A stretch of DNA of 46,226 bases from Opitutaceae bacterium. GTDB lineage: Bacteria; Verrucomicrobiota; Verrucomicrobiia; Opitutales; Opitutaceae. A program made the position numbers and the translations under genes. Positions 38,409 through 46,226 of the stretch are shown in pieces. Under the pieces are notes generated by a model. It saw nothing but the letters and a program-made list of their open reading frames with translations. It searched no databases and had not been told where the DNA came from. The stretch is from the NCBI GenBank assembly GCA_005786775.1, contig SYDD01000055.1, positions 1 to 46,226 on the forward strand, read 5' to 3'. Every line of letters begins with the position of its first letter. Position 1 is the stretch's first letter.

Positions 38409-39514
38409 GTCGGTTCCTGATCGCGGCCGGTGGCACCGGCGGACACTTGGCGCCGGGCATCGCCCTCGCCGAGGCCCTGGGGGAGCGCGGGCACCACTGC
38501 CTGATCCTGATCAGCCGCAAGCAGGTGGACGCCCGCCTCGGGGCACGGTACCCGGAGCTCCGGTTCGCGGCGATGCCCGGCGCCGGCCTCGGGACCAATC
38601 CGATCACGTTCGTGCGCTTTGTGGGTTCCCAGCTGCGGGCGCTGTCCTTTTGCCTTGGCATCTTTCGACAGGAACTCCCAGACGTTGTCGTCGGCTTCGG
38701 CGGGTTCACCAGCGCGCCGGCCCTCCTCATTGCTCGGCTCCGGGGTATCCCCGCTGCCCTCCACGAGTCTAACCGTGTTCCTGGGCGCGCCGTGCGGTTG
38801 CTCGGCCGCGTGGCGCGCCGCGTGTATTTGCCGCCCGGCGTCGACCTGCCCGCGCTGAATCCGGTCGTCGTCCGCGCCGCCGCGATGCCGGTGCGGCGCG
38901 AAATCCAGCGCCTCCCCCGCGCCGCCGCCCGGGCCCGCTGGGGCTTCGATGACGCCAGCCCGCTGCTCGTTGTGCTCGGCGGCAGCCAGGGCGCCTCTGC
39001 CCTCAATGCGTGGGCCACTGGGCATCGCGCCGCCCTCGCCGCAGGCGGAGTCCAATTGGCGGTCGTCACCGGCCCCGGGAAGGAGGCAGGCGTCGAGTTG
39101 CTCCCCACCGGGCGGCCGAAGGCCATCTTCCTGCCGTTTTGCGATCAGATGGCCGCACTCCTCTCGGCCGCAGATCTTGTCGTCTCCCGCGCCGGAGCTG
39201 GCACCCTTGCAGAATTGATCCGTTGCCGGACCCCCGCGCTCCTCGTGCCCTTTCCTCAGGCGGCGGACAACCACCAAGCGGCCAACGCAGATCACTTCGC
39301 CTGCCTTGGGGGCGGCGAGGTTTTCCCGCAGACGGGCCTCGGCGCGCTCCTGCCCCGAGTACTCCAGCTCCTGTCCGATCCGAACACCCTGGCGGAATAC
39401 GGCCGGCGGCTTGCCGCTGCGGATTCCGCCCTCCGCTGGGAGGAGATCCTCCCCGACCTTGAGGCGCTTGCCACCTCCGCGCCGTCACCTTCCGCCGCCG
39501 CGGCCGCCGCCTGA
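38405..39514 (+). CDS. murG: Undecaprenyldiphospho-muramoylpentapeptide beta-N-acetylglucosaminyltransferase
   Basis: Motifs AAGGTGGH, GFGGF, HESN, GGSQGA, SRAGAGTLAE and DNHQAANA. Confidence 0.92.
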   Translation: MSRFLIAAGGTGGHLAPGIALAEALGERGHHCLILISRKQVDARLGARYPELRFAAMPGAGLGTNPITFVRFVGSQLRALSFCLGIFRQELPDVVVGFGGFTSAPALLIARLRGIPAALHESNRVPGRAVRLLGRVARRVYLPPGVDLPALNPVVVRAAAMPVRREIQRLPRAAARARWGFDDASPLLVVLGGSQGASALNAWATGHRAALAAGGVQLAVVTGPGKEAGVELLPTGRPKAIFLPFCDQMAALLSAADLVVSRAGAGTLAELIRCRTPALLVPFPQAADNHQAANADHFACLGGGEVFPQTGLGALLPRVLQLLSDPNTLAEYGRRLAAADSALRWEEILPDLEALATSAPSPSAAAAAA

Positions 39515-40485
39515 TGCCCATCGTCTCCTACTCTGGGCCCGCCCGCGATTGGGACGCTCTCGCCGTCGCCTTAGCCGCCGCGATGGGCGGCGCGTCTCGG
39601 GTCCGGCGCGAGGAGCCCTTGGGCCCCCGCACCACGCTGCGGGTCGGGGGCGCGTCCCGCCTTTTCCTCGAGCCCGCCGATGCCGCCGCGCTCGCCTCCG
39701 CGCTCCGCTTTCTCCGCGCGGCCGGCGTACCTTTCCTCCCATTGGGCCGCGGTTCTAACCTCCTTGTGCCCGACGAGGGCGTAGACGGCGCCGTAATCGC
39801 CCTCGAAGGCTCTACGTGGTCGGCCTTCACGCCTAACGGTGATGGCACCGTCTGGACCGGTGCCGGGCTGCGGCTGAAGCAGCTTTGCGGCCTCGCGACC
39901 AAGGCCGGTCTGGCGGGCTTCGAGTTCCTCGAGGGCATTCCCGGCACTGTCGGCGGAGCGCTACGGATGAACGCGGGCGCGATGGGTGGCTGGATGTTCG
40001 ATCGGGTCGAGGAGGTGGAGCTAATGTCCGCTGAGGGTGAGGTCGTCCGCCTGCCGCGCGCCGCTTTCCACGTTGATTACCGCCACTGCCGCGAGCTGGG
40101 GGATGCGATTGCCCTCGGGGCCCAGCTTCGTTCCGGCGCCACGGCGGCCACGCCGGCGGAAGAGATTGTCCGTCAGATCGACGTCTATCGTCGCAAACGC
40201 CAAGAATCCCAGCCGCGGGAGGCTAGCGCGGGCTGCATGTTCAAAAACCCGCCGGGCGACTCCGCCGGGCGCCTGATCGACCAGTGTGGCCTAAAGGGGC
40301 TGCGCGAGGGCGCCGCCGAGGTCTCGCCGGTCCACGCCAATTTCATCGTCAACCACGGCGGCGCGACGGCCGCTGAGGTGCTCGCGCTCGTTCGGCGGGT
40401 GCGTGCGGCGGTGTACGCGCAAAAGGGGGTTGAATTGCAGCCCGAGGTGCTGCTTTTCGGTCGCCGGTGGGAGGAATACCTGTGA
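39514..40485 (+). CDS. murB: UDP-N-acetylenolpyruvoylglucosamine reductase (stand-alone; Cys in place of the usual catalytic Ser)
   Basis: Motifs TTLRVGG, GRGSNLLV, GIPGTVGGALRMNAGA, SAGCMFKNP, HANFIVN and LQPEV. TGATG coupling to murG. Confidence 0.93.
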   Translation: MPIVSYSGPARDWDALAVALAAAMGGASRVRREEPLGPRTTLRVGGASRLFLEPADAAALASALRFLRAAGVPFLPLGRGSNLLVPDEGVDGAVIALEGSTWSAFTPNGDGTVWTGAGLRLKQLCGLATKAGLAGFEFLEGIPGTVGGALRMNAGAMGGWMFDRVEEVELMSAEGEVVRLPRAAFHVDYRHCRELGDAIALGAQLRSGATAATPAEEIVRQIDVYRRKRQESQPREASAGCMFKNPPGDSAGRLIDQCGLKGLREGAAEVSPVHANFIVNHGGATAAEVLALVRRVRAAVYAQKGVELQPEVLLFGRRWEEYL

Positions 40486-41408
40486 ACGCGCCGATCATCA
40501 CCGTACTGGCCGGCGGCATTTCCGCTGAACGCGAGGTCTCGCTCGGCTCCGGCCGCGCCAGCGCCCTTGCGCTCGCCCGTGCCTTTCCCACCCGCCTCCT
40601 CCAGGTCACCACCGCCGCCCTGCCTCCGGGTCTCGATCCGGCCCGCGACGTCGTCTTCTCCACGCTCCACGGCACGTTTGGCGAGGACGGAGGGATGCAG
40701 CGGCTGCTCGACGCGGCCGGGATCGAGTACGCCGGTTGCGATGCGGCAGCCAGCGAGCTGACCATGGATAAGTCCGCCACCAAAGCCCGCGCTGCCGCGG
40801 CCGGAGTTCGGGTGGCGGAGGGAATGAGCTTCCGGGCGGACGAGCGTCCCTCCGCCGCCGACTTGGTCGCTCGCCTCGGCCCGCGCGTGGTGCTCAAGCC
40901 CAACGCCGAGGGCAGCAGCGTTGGGCTCAGCCTACCCGAAGGCCCGGACGCGATCGCCGCGGCGCTGGCGGGCATCACCGCGGGGTCTTGGCTGGCAGAG
41001 CGGCGTCTCTCCGGGCGGGAACTTTCCGTCGGTGTCCTTGAGGGTCGCGCGCTCGGAGTCGTCGAGATCCGGCCTCGTTCGGGCGTGTACGATTTCACGA
41101 GCAAGTACACGCGCGGGATGACGGAATACTTCGCGCCTGCCCCCCTCGCCGCGGACCAGACCGCCGCGGTCCAGCGGGCGGCTGAGACGGCCTTCGCGGC
41201 CTGCGGCTGCCGCGACTACGCCCGCGTAGATTTCATTTTGGAGACCGCGGGCCCTTGTCTCCTTGAGATCAACACCCTGCCCGGGATGAAGGAGACCAGC
41301 CTCCTACCGATGAGCGCTCGGTGCACGGGCTTTGATTTCACTGCCTTGGTCCCGGCCCTAGTGGCGCCTGCCCGGCGGCGCTTCGCCGCCCGACGAGGCG
41401 CCGGCTAA
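40482..41408 (+). CDS. ddl: D-alanine--D-alanine ligase
   Basis: Motifs GGISAEREVSLGSG, LHGTFGEDG, MDK, KPNAEGSSVG, YDFTSKY and EINTLPGM. Confidence 0.94.
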   Translation: MNAPIITVLAGGISAEREVSLGSGRASALALARAFPTRLLQVTTAALPPGLDPARDVVFSTLHGTFGEDGGMQRLLDAAGIEYAGCDAAASELTMDKSATKARAAAAGVRVAEGMSFRADERPSAADLVARLGPRVVLKPNAEGSSVGLSLPEGPDAIAAALAGITAGSWLAERRLSGRELSVGVLEGRALGVVEIRPRSGVYDFTSKYTRGMTEYFAPAPLAADQTAAVQRAAETAFAACGCRDYARVDFILETAGPCLLEINTLPGMKETSLLPMSARCTGFDFTALVPALVAPARRRFAARRGAG

Positions 41409-41410
41409 AG

Positions 41411-42382
41411 ATGGCGCGCGCGCTCCCAGATCCCGATGGTATCCGCAGTTGGCGGGATATTCCCCAGCCGGCGAGTACGCGCGTAATGTCGCGGGGCGGC
41501 CGCTGGCGCCGGCTCCTGCAGACCCTGCGCGTCCTGCTGCTGACCGGGGCCATGGCCGGCCTGGGCGGCCTCGCCTGGTTTACCGCCGGCGCTCTCAGCC
41601 GCGATCCGGGTCGGGTGCCCGACGTGGCCCGCTCGGTCCCGCTCCGCCGCCTCGAACTTGCGACCACCGCCGGCGGTGTGCTCGACCTCGAATGGCTCCG
41701 CCGCACGCTCGCGCTGCCGCCCACGGCCACGCTGGTGGAACTGGACCTCGAGGCCCTCCGCGGCCGCCTGCTCGCGGATCCCCAGGTCGTCTCCGCCACG
41801 CTCACCCGGCAGTTCCCTGACACACTCGCCGTCCGCCTCGCGGAACGCTCCCCGGTCGCGCGGATCCGCGTTGAGCGCAACGGCGAGGCGCGCGACCTGC
41901 TCGTCGCTTCCGACGGGGTCGTGTTTCCCGGGGTGAACCAAGATCCAGCGGCGCTCGCCTCGCTCCCTTGGCTATCCGGCCTCGCGCTTCATCCCGCCGG
42001 AGACGGCTTCCGTCCGATCCCGGGAATGGCGGCCGTCGCCCAACTGCTGGCGGACGCTCAGTACGCGGCGATGCCTTTGTACCGTAGCTGGACTTCCCTC
42101 TCCCTTGCGCGGCTCGCCTCCGACCGGGAGATCGAGGTCCAGACCCGGGACGGTGCGACGGTGGTCTTCAGCGCCGCCCGCGACTTCTTCGTGCAACTGG
42201 CGACGCTCGACTACCTCGCCTCCCGCCTGCGCCGCGAACCTGGCGCGCACGCGCGCATCGACTTGACCCTTGGGCGCAACGTGCCGGTGATGGTTACGCC
42301 GCCGGGGGAAAGCGCGGCCTCTCCGCGCCCGCCTTCGCCCGCGCCCGGCCGCTTCTCCCTCGATTCCTTCCCGCAGCGCTGA
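41411..42382 (+). CDS. ftsQ: Cell division protein FtsQ/DivIB (TM + POTRA)
   Basis: One TM and POTRA motif PQVVSATLTRQFPDTLAVRLAERSPVA. Position between ddl and ftsA. Confidence 0.82.
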   Translation: MARALPDPDGIRSWRDIPQPASTRVMSRGGRWRRLLQTLRVLLLTGAMAGLGGLAWFTAGALSRDPGRVPDVARSVPLRRLELATTAGGVLDLEWLRRTLALPPTATLVELDLEALRGRLLADPQVVSATLTRQFPDTLAVRLAERSPVARIRVERNGEARDLLVASDGVVFPGVNQDPAALASLPWLSGLALHPAGDGFRPIPGMAAVAQLLADAQYAAMPLYRSWTSLSLARLASDREIEVQTRDGATVVFSAARDFFVQLATLDYLASRLRREPGAHARIDLTLGRNVPVMVTPPGESAASPRPPSPAPGRFSLDSFPQR

Positions 42383-42389
42383 ATCTCCC

Positions 42390-43601
42390 TTGAGCTCACG
42401 CCCCTACCACATCGGTGCCGTCGAGATCGGCACCTCCAAGGTCACCGTCATTGTCGGCGAGTACTCCGGCAAGGAACTCGCCATTATCAGTCGCGCCGAA
42501 GTGCCCGCCCGTGGGATCATCAAGGGGGCCGTGGTTGACTACCGCGCCGCCAGCGACTGCACGCACGCCGCCCTCGAACAAGCTGAGCGGGACGCCGGCG
42601 AACGCATCGGGGGTGTTTTCCTGGCTCAGAGCGGCAGCCACCTAGAGGGTTTCTATAACGAGGCGGCCGTGAATGTGAAAGCCTCGGACAACCTCGTCGA
42701 GGCGGGTGACGTCGCCACGGTCTGCGAGCTCGCCAAGGCCAAGCAGCTGCCCCTCGGTCGCTCCGTCGTCCACCACATCCGCCGCCCCTTCCGCGTCGAC
42801 GGCCGCCTGGTCCCCGGTAGCCCCCTCGACCTCGTTGGCCACCGGCTTGAGGTCGGCTACTGGACCGTCCACGGCCAGGAGCAGCGGCTCGCCGACCTGA
42901 TTCACGTGATCCAAGGCTTCAACCTGAAGGTCGAGGAGCTGGTCCTTTCTAGCCTCGCCTCGGGCCACATGGTCACCTCTCCCGAGGAGCGCCAACACGG
43001 GGTACTCGTGATCGATCTCGGCGCGGGTACGACCGATTTCGCCCTCTACCGCGACGGTTCTCCCCACACCACCGGGGTAGTCGCGGTGGGCGGCGAGCAC
43101 GTCACCAACGACCTCGCCGTCGCCCTCCGCCTCACCGCGCCGCAGGCCGAGAAGCTCAAACTCCGCCACGGCCGCGCTGAGGTCCAAGCCCGCGACCGCG
43201 CGGCCAAGGTCTGGCTCGACGGGAATTTCGCCATTGGCGATCGCCAGTTCCCCCAGCTTGCCATTGAGCAGGTCACCGCCGCTCGCACCGAGGAGATCCT
43301 CCAAGTCGTGCGCAAGCGCCTCGGCGTCGCCTTCTCCCCGGAGACTTGCGCCGCCGGCGTGGTACTCACCGGGGGCGCCGCCAAGCTCCCCGGTCTTGCC
43401 GCCGCCGCTGGCCGCGTCTTCGGGGTCCCCGCCCACCTCGGGGAGGCTCCCGGCTGGATCAGCCCAAACCTCCGCGACCCGGGTTACCACACTGCGCTGG
43501 GACTGCTGTACTACGGCATCATCCACCACTCCGAGCGTCGGGCCCCCGCTCGTGCCCGGAACAGCCTCTTCGCCGGGGTTCGCCGCCTCTTCGCCGACTG
43601 A
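42390..43601 (+). CDS. ftsA: Cell division protein FtsA
   Basis: Motifs EIGTSKV, GIIKG, IDLGAGTTD, GGEHVTNDL, AEKLK and LTGG. C-terminal amphipathic helix LFAGVRRLF. Confidence 0.93.
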   Translation: MSSRPYHIGAVEIGTSKVTVIVGEYSGKELAIISRAEVPARGIIKGAVVDYRAASDCTHAALEQAERDAGERIGGVFLAQSGSHLEGFYNEAAVNVKASDNLVEAGDVATVCELAKAKQLPLGRSVVHHIRRPFRVDGRLVPGSPLDLVGHRLEVGYWTVHGQEQRLADLIHVIQGFNLKVEELVLSSLASGHMVTSPEERQHGVLVIDLGAGTTDFALYRDGSPHTTGVVAVGGEHVTNDLAVALRLTAPQAEKLKLRHGRAEVQARDRAAKVWLDGNFAIGDRQFPQLAIEQVTAARTEEILQVVRKRLGVAFSPETCAAGVVLTGGAAKLPGLAAAAGRVFGVPAHLGEAPGWISPNLRDPGYHTALGLLYYGIIHHSERRAPARARNSLFAGVRRLFAD

Positions 43602-43612
43602 CCCGCGCGCCG

Positions 43613-44869
43613 ATGAACCTCAACGAACTTCCCCTCGAGCAGCCCCTGCTTTCGGACCGCGGCATTGCCATCAAGCTAGTCGGGGTCGGCGGCGCCGGCG
43701 CGAATGCCGTTGACCGCCTCAAGATGGAGAACCTCGAGCGCCTCCGTCTCGCGGTGCTCAATACCGACCACCAAGCCCTCGCCAGCTCCCCCGTCCAAGA
43801 AAAAGTCCTGCTCGGGATGACCGTCACTCGCGGCCTCGGCGCCGGCGGTGACCCGGAACGCGGCCGCGAGGCCGCCGAGTCCGACCGAGAAAAAATCGCC
43901 GCCGTGGTGAAGGACTGCGATCTGGTGTTCCTCGTAACTGGGATGGGCGGGGGCACCGGTAGCGGCGCCTCCCCGATCGTGGCCGAGATCGCCGCCGAGG
44001 CGGGAGCCCTCGTCATCGCCTTCGTCACGCTTCCTTTTAGCTTCGAGGGCGGTCGTCGCCTCAAGCAGGCGGAGGACGGGTTGCGTGCCCTCCGCGCCTC
44101 CTGCGACGCGGTGATCCCCCTGCCCAACGACGTCCTGCTCCAGGCCGCCGGAGAAAACGAGACGGTGCTCGATGCTTTCGCTCGTGCGGACGACTGGATC
44201 GCCCGCGGGGTCCGCTCCCTCTGGGCGATGCTGTTCCGCACCGGACTTATCAACCTCGACTTTGCCACGCTCCGCCAGGCCTTCCAGCAGCGCGGGGGGA
44301 AGACGCTCTTCGGGCTGGGGGAGGGGGCCGGCGAGAACGCGGTCGCCGACGCGCTTGCCAGCCTCCGGCAGTGCCCGCTGCTCCAAACCCCGGATTTCTC
44401 CCGCCGCGCCGATCGCCTTTTAGTTAACATCGTCGGCGGCCCCGACCTCACGCTGCCCCGTGTCAACGAGGTGATGACCGCGATTACCGACCAGTTTGGC
44501 CGCGATTCTCACGTGATTATGGGGGCGGTGATCGACGAGAATCTCGCGGGCCGGGTAGAGCTCTGCGTGGTAGGCACCAGTGACCTCGGCGGCCGCAACG
44601 TCAGCGCCCGCCGCCCCGCTGCGCCGGCCCGGCCCAAGGGCGCCGCCGCCCTGGGCCGAGAGCCCGTGGCGGCCCCCGCTGACCCCGCTGCGGCAGCGTC
44701 TTCCCCGGCTCCATCCCTTGCCCACGGTGCCGCGGTGGCCCAGGAGGAGTTCGGGTTTGGCGAGATCGAGACCCGCGGGCAGTTCGAACGCTCGGAGCGC
44801 AACCTCTTCGACGGCCAGGACCTCGACGTGCCTACCTACCTACGCCGCGGGATCAAGGTCAGCCTCTAA
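43613..44869 (+). CDS. ftsZ: Cell division protein FtsZ (T7 loop NLDFAT variant)
   Basis: Motifs GVGGAGANAV, NTD, GLGAGGDP, GMGGGTGSG and PFSFEG. C-terminal core peptide DLDVPTYLRR. Confidence 0.95.
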   Translation: MNLNELPLEQPLLSDRGIAIKLVGVGGAGANAVDRLKMENLERLRLAVLNTDHQALASSPVQEKVLLGMTVTRGLGAGGDPERGREAAESDREKIAAVVKDCDLVFLVTGMGGGTGSGASPIVAEIAAEAGALVIAFVTLPFSFEGGRRLKQAEDGLRALRASCDAVIPLPNDVLLQAAGENETVLDAFARADDWIARGVRSLWAMLFRTGLINLDFATLRQAFQQRGGKTLFGLGEGAGENAVADALASLRQCPLLQTPDFSRRADRLLVNIVGGPDLTLPRVNEVMTAITDQFGRDSHVIMGAVIDENLAGRVELCVVGTSDLGGRNVSARRPAAPARPKGAAALGREPVAAPADPAAAASSPAPSLAHGAAVAQEEFGFGEIETRGQFERSERNLFDGQDLDVPTYLRRGIKVSL

Positions 44870-44872
44870 GCC

Positions 44873-44910
44873 CGGCGCCGCGCCGGAATTTTCGGAAACC
44901 CGCGGCGCCG
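44873..44910. other. GC-rich inverted repeat right after the ftsZ stop (possible terminator or mRNA-stabilising hairpin)
   Basis: CGGCGCCGCG (44873-44882) pairs with CGCGGCGCCG (44901-44910). No U-tract follows. Confidence 0.4.
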
Positions 44911-44974
44911 TGCGGCGTCTGGTCCCTCCGCGCTTGCCACCTCCGGCCCGGCGCCAATTTCCTCTTTGTCGTCC

Positions 44975-45571
44975 ATGAATCTGCCTAACCTCCTGACGCT
45001 CTCGCGCATCCCGTTGATGTTCGCGGTCGTCGGGTTGATGTATGCCCGGTTTCCTTGGTCGGCCACCCTCGCGTTCTGGCTCTTCATCATCGCCGCCTTG
45101 ACGGATTGGCTCGACGGCAAGATCGCCCGCGCCCGCGGCATCGTCTCGGCCTTCGGCCGGTTCATGGATAGCGTGATCGACAAGGTGCTCGTCATTGGGG
45201 TGATGATCGCGCTGGTGAATGGGGATTACTTCGCGGGCTATAACCTCGCCGCGATGCTCCTTTTACTCTGCATCCTGTGCCGCGAATTCGCGGTCTCCGG
45301 TTTACGGATGGTCGCGGCGACCAAGGGCCAAGTGGTGGAGGCTGACACCGGCGGCAAGGTGAAGACCTTTGTGCAACTCAATGCCATCGGCTGGCTGATG
45401 GGCGCACGGATGCTCGCTCAGGACTTTGGCGAGGTCTACGGCGGGCAAGACCGGCACTGGCTCACGGGCGTCTGGCTGCTTGGAATTCTCCTCTTCATCC
45501 TCTCCGCTGTTCTCACCGTGACGTCGGGGTTAACCTACTTCCGGCGTCACCGCCACGTGTTGTCCGACTGA
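44975..45571 (+). CDS. pgsA: CDP-diacylglycerol--glycerol-3-phosphate 3-phosphatidyltransferase
   Basis: Motifs MNLPNLLTLSRI, TDWLDGKIAR...GRFMDSVIDK, REFAVSGLR and GKVKT. Confidence 0.92.
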   Translation: MNLPNLLTLSRIPLMFAVVGLMYARFPWSATLAFWLFIIAALTDWLDGKIARARGIVSAFGRFMDSVIDKVLVIGVMIALVNGDYFAGYNLAAMLLLLCILCREFAVSGLRMVAATKGQVVEADTGGKVKTFVQLNAIGWLMGARMLAQDFGEVYGGQDRHWLTGVWLLGILLFILSAVLTVTSGLTYFRRHRHVLSD

Positions 45572-45578
45572 TCCGGCG

Positions 45579-46094
45579 ATGGCGGCGAAATCCTTGCGTT
45601 GGCTTCGATTCTTGCCGGACGCCCTCGTAATCGGCCCCGCTACCCTCGGTCCGCTCGGCCGGCGCATGCCAGCGCCTGGGACTTGGGGTTCGCTCGCGGG
45701 CCTCCTTGCCTACGCGGTGATTTTCCGTGGCGCCGGCGCGGGAGCTCTCCTCGCCGGCACGACCGTGGCTGCGGGGTTGGCCGCCCTGCTCTGCGGCGAG
45801 GCCGAGGCGCGGCTGGGACGTTCGGACCCCGGTTGCGTGGTACTCGACGAGGTGATCGCGTTGCCCCTCTGTTTCCTCGGCTGGAGTGAGTTGGTCGCCG
45901 CGCACCCCGCGTGGCAGGTTCTGCTGGCTGGCTTCGCCCTCTTTCGGTTCTACGACATCGTGAAGCCGCTCGGCATCAGCCGTCTCCAGGCATTGCCGGG
46001 TGGCTGGGGCGTGGTGGCGGATGACCTCGGCGCCGCCCTCGCGACCGCGGTCACCCTCCACGTGGCGAACTGGGCTTGGCTTGCTTTCCGGTAG
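45579..46094 (+). CDS. pgpA: Phosphatidylglycerophosphatase A
   Basis: Motifs APGTWGS, DPGCVVLDEV, FRFYDIVKP and GGWGVVADD. Confidence 0.93.
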   Translation: MAAKSLRWLRFLPDALVIGPATLGPLGRRMPAPGTWGSLAGLLAYAVIFRGAGAGALLAGTTVAAGLAALLCGEAEARLGRSDPGCVVLDEVIALPLCFLGWSELVAAHPAWQVLLAGFALFRFYDIVKPLGISRLQALPGGWGVVADDLGAALATAVTLHVANWAWLAFR

Positions 46095-46119
46095 GTGGGC
46101 ACCGTTGGGCCGGATCCGC

Positions 46120-46226
46120 CTAATCCACGGGTTCCAAGTGCTCCAGCGGCAGAGTGACCAGCACACCCTGCTGCAGGACATCCACTGCCACGATGATCCC
46201 GCGGGGAGCGTCCGGATTCTCCACGA
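46120..46226 (-). CDS. 3' end of a gene running off the window, possibly the C-terminal KOW region of a NusG/RfaH/UpxY-like antiterminator
   Basis: Minus frame reads VENPDAPRGIIVAVDVLQQGVLVTLPLEHLEPVD* (stop at 46120-46122), resembling the end of NusG-family KOW domains. Only 34 aa are visible. Confidence 0.45.
   Translation of the reverse strand, partial: VENPDAPRGIIVAVDVLQQGVLVTLPLEHLEPVD

Noticed and set aside
38051-39295. 414-aa minus-strand ORF inside the dcw cluster, considered as a hidden replacement for murC
   Set aside because: It is antisense to ftsW/murG, low in complexity, and has no P-loop or Mur ligase motif.
43346-43612. 89-aa N-terminal extension on FtsZ in the ORF track
   Set aside because: It overlaps the ftsA coding sequence. 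ATG 43613 gives a normal FtsZ N-terminus.
1-46226. CRISPR arrays, IS elements, prophage or defence genes, tRNA/rRNA
   Set aside because: No regularly spaced repeats, transposase or integrase motifs, or structural RNA signatures were seen. Intergenic gaps are short and explained by promoters or terminators.

Overview
Very GC-rich bacterial chromosomal window, most likely from an Opitutaceae-like member of Verrucomicrobiota. This is inferred from the LpxC-FabZ fusion, the style of the TonB-dependent receptors, a LysM gene inside the dcw cluster and a PGNL-type EF-P. The left half (1-28 kb) is mixed. It holds a sugar ABC transporter, a WspR-like receiver fused to a hybrid kinase, PhoD, lnt, an M20 hydrolase, two TonB-dependent receptors, a PL6-fold protein, two single-pass membrane proteins, TspO, Dabb, a thymidine phosphorylase-like protein, an RlmI-like methyltransferase, efp, lpxC-fabZ, lpxA, a PLP decarboxylase, hisI and DUF971. 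The right half (28.3-46.2 kb) is the division/cell-wall (dcw) cluster from mraZ to ftsZ, followed by pgsA-pgpA. The main anomaly is that this dcw cluster lacks the machinery for the first three stem-peptide ligation steps. murC and murD are absent, with a 56-codon ORF at the murD position, and murE is an open but motif-dead, internally shortened gene. murB, murF, ddl, mraY, murG, ftsW and ftsI all keep their catalytic motifs. FtsZ also lacks the catalytic T7-loop aspartate. Several other proteins carry non-canonical active-site residues: the thymidine phosphorylase-like protein, the PL6 protein and EF-P. No mobile elements, CRISPR arrays, rRNA or tRNA were recognised. All assignments come from motif recognition by eye; no database searches were run.
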